From Botryllus schlosseri (taxonomy: Eukaryota), in NCBI GenBank assembly GCA_051294905.1, contig CM119386.1, forward strand, positions 7,688,001-7,752,000: 64,000 bases of DNA, in the 5' to 3' direction. This document shows, one piece after another, positions 63,483 to 64,000 of the stretch (its first letter is position 1; every line of letters starts with the position of its first letter). The translations under genes and the position numbers were made by a program. The notes below the pieces were generated by a model. It searched no databases. It saw only the letters and a list, made by a program, of their open reading frames with translations, and was not told where the DNA came from.

Positions 63483-64000
63483 ACGCGACGTAAACAGCAC
63501 TGAATGAAAAGTAACCATAGTGACGAAACATTGTACTGCATATAGGGGTTCTAATGTAAATGACCAATGACCGTAGATGTATGAGAGATAATTTAGTACA
63601 TAGCCGTTTCGAAACAGGCCCCAACATCCTTTGCCGGATCAAATCACACCACTATTTTTTGCACATATATTTTGGAAACTGAAATAAAATACGAATATAG
63701 TACTTGGAATGCCCGTGTCTGCACTACATATGTGCTATGTTCAATAATTGCATTGTATATCCGGGCATCCGCGTGGTCGCGTAGGTTAGTTAACATGGTT
63801 GTTCTGAACTTTCAATCCAAACTAGCATGTCTAATGATAAAATAATAAGTACTTGCGATGCGGTTATTCCCTGTTGATTCGATAGACAGACTTGGTTCGA
63901 ATCGCAGGGCATTAAAGGGGAACGAATCAGTGACTCGCATTGCTCAAAACTGTTGTACTGGTCATCAGATATCGCCGAGGCGGTCAGTACGAATTGAAAC

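Noticed and set aside
63894-63904. GGTTCGAATCG B-box-like motif suggesting a tRNA gene
   Set aside because: No A box or cloverleaf around it

Overview
Animal (metazoan) genomic DNA, moderately AT-rich. An invertebrate such as a tunicate is plausible, but the sequence alone does not prove it. Only one gene is unambiguous: a Jun (AP-1 bZIP) gene with an uninterrupted CDS at 36342..37403 on the minus strand. It has a plausible TATA/CRE-like promoter at ~38.0 kb, a strong splice acceptor in the leader, and an AU-rich element plus poly(A) signal downstream. The rest is gene-poor and full of small mobile elements. These comprise at least ten non-autonomous hAT-type MITEs, most with intact or near-intact 8-bp target-site duplications and several nested; a tRNA-derived SINE family (3 near-full copies plus a fragment); and 3' fragments of an L2/Crack-type LINE. 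Three observations most deserve a second look. (1) Three hAT elements with three different terminal repeats share one internal core. (2) There is a putative family of heavily decayed, intronless paralogous reading frames of unknown function at ~9-34 kb, and perhaps also upstream of jun; its best member (23432..24377) is broken only by a homopolymer frameshift. (3) The jun leader has an acceptor without a canonical nearby donor, which may indicate trans-splicing. No CRISPR array, rRNA or bona fide tRNA gene was found. All alignments were done by eye, and the weaker ones need computational confirmation.
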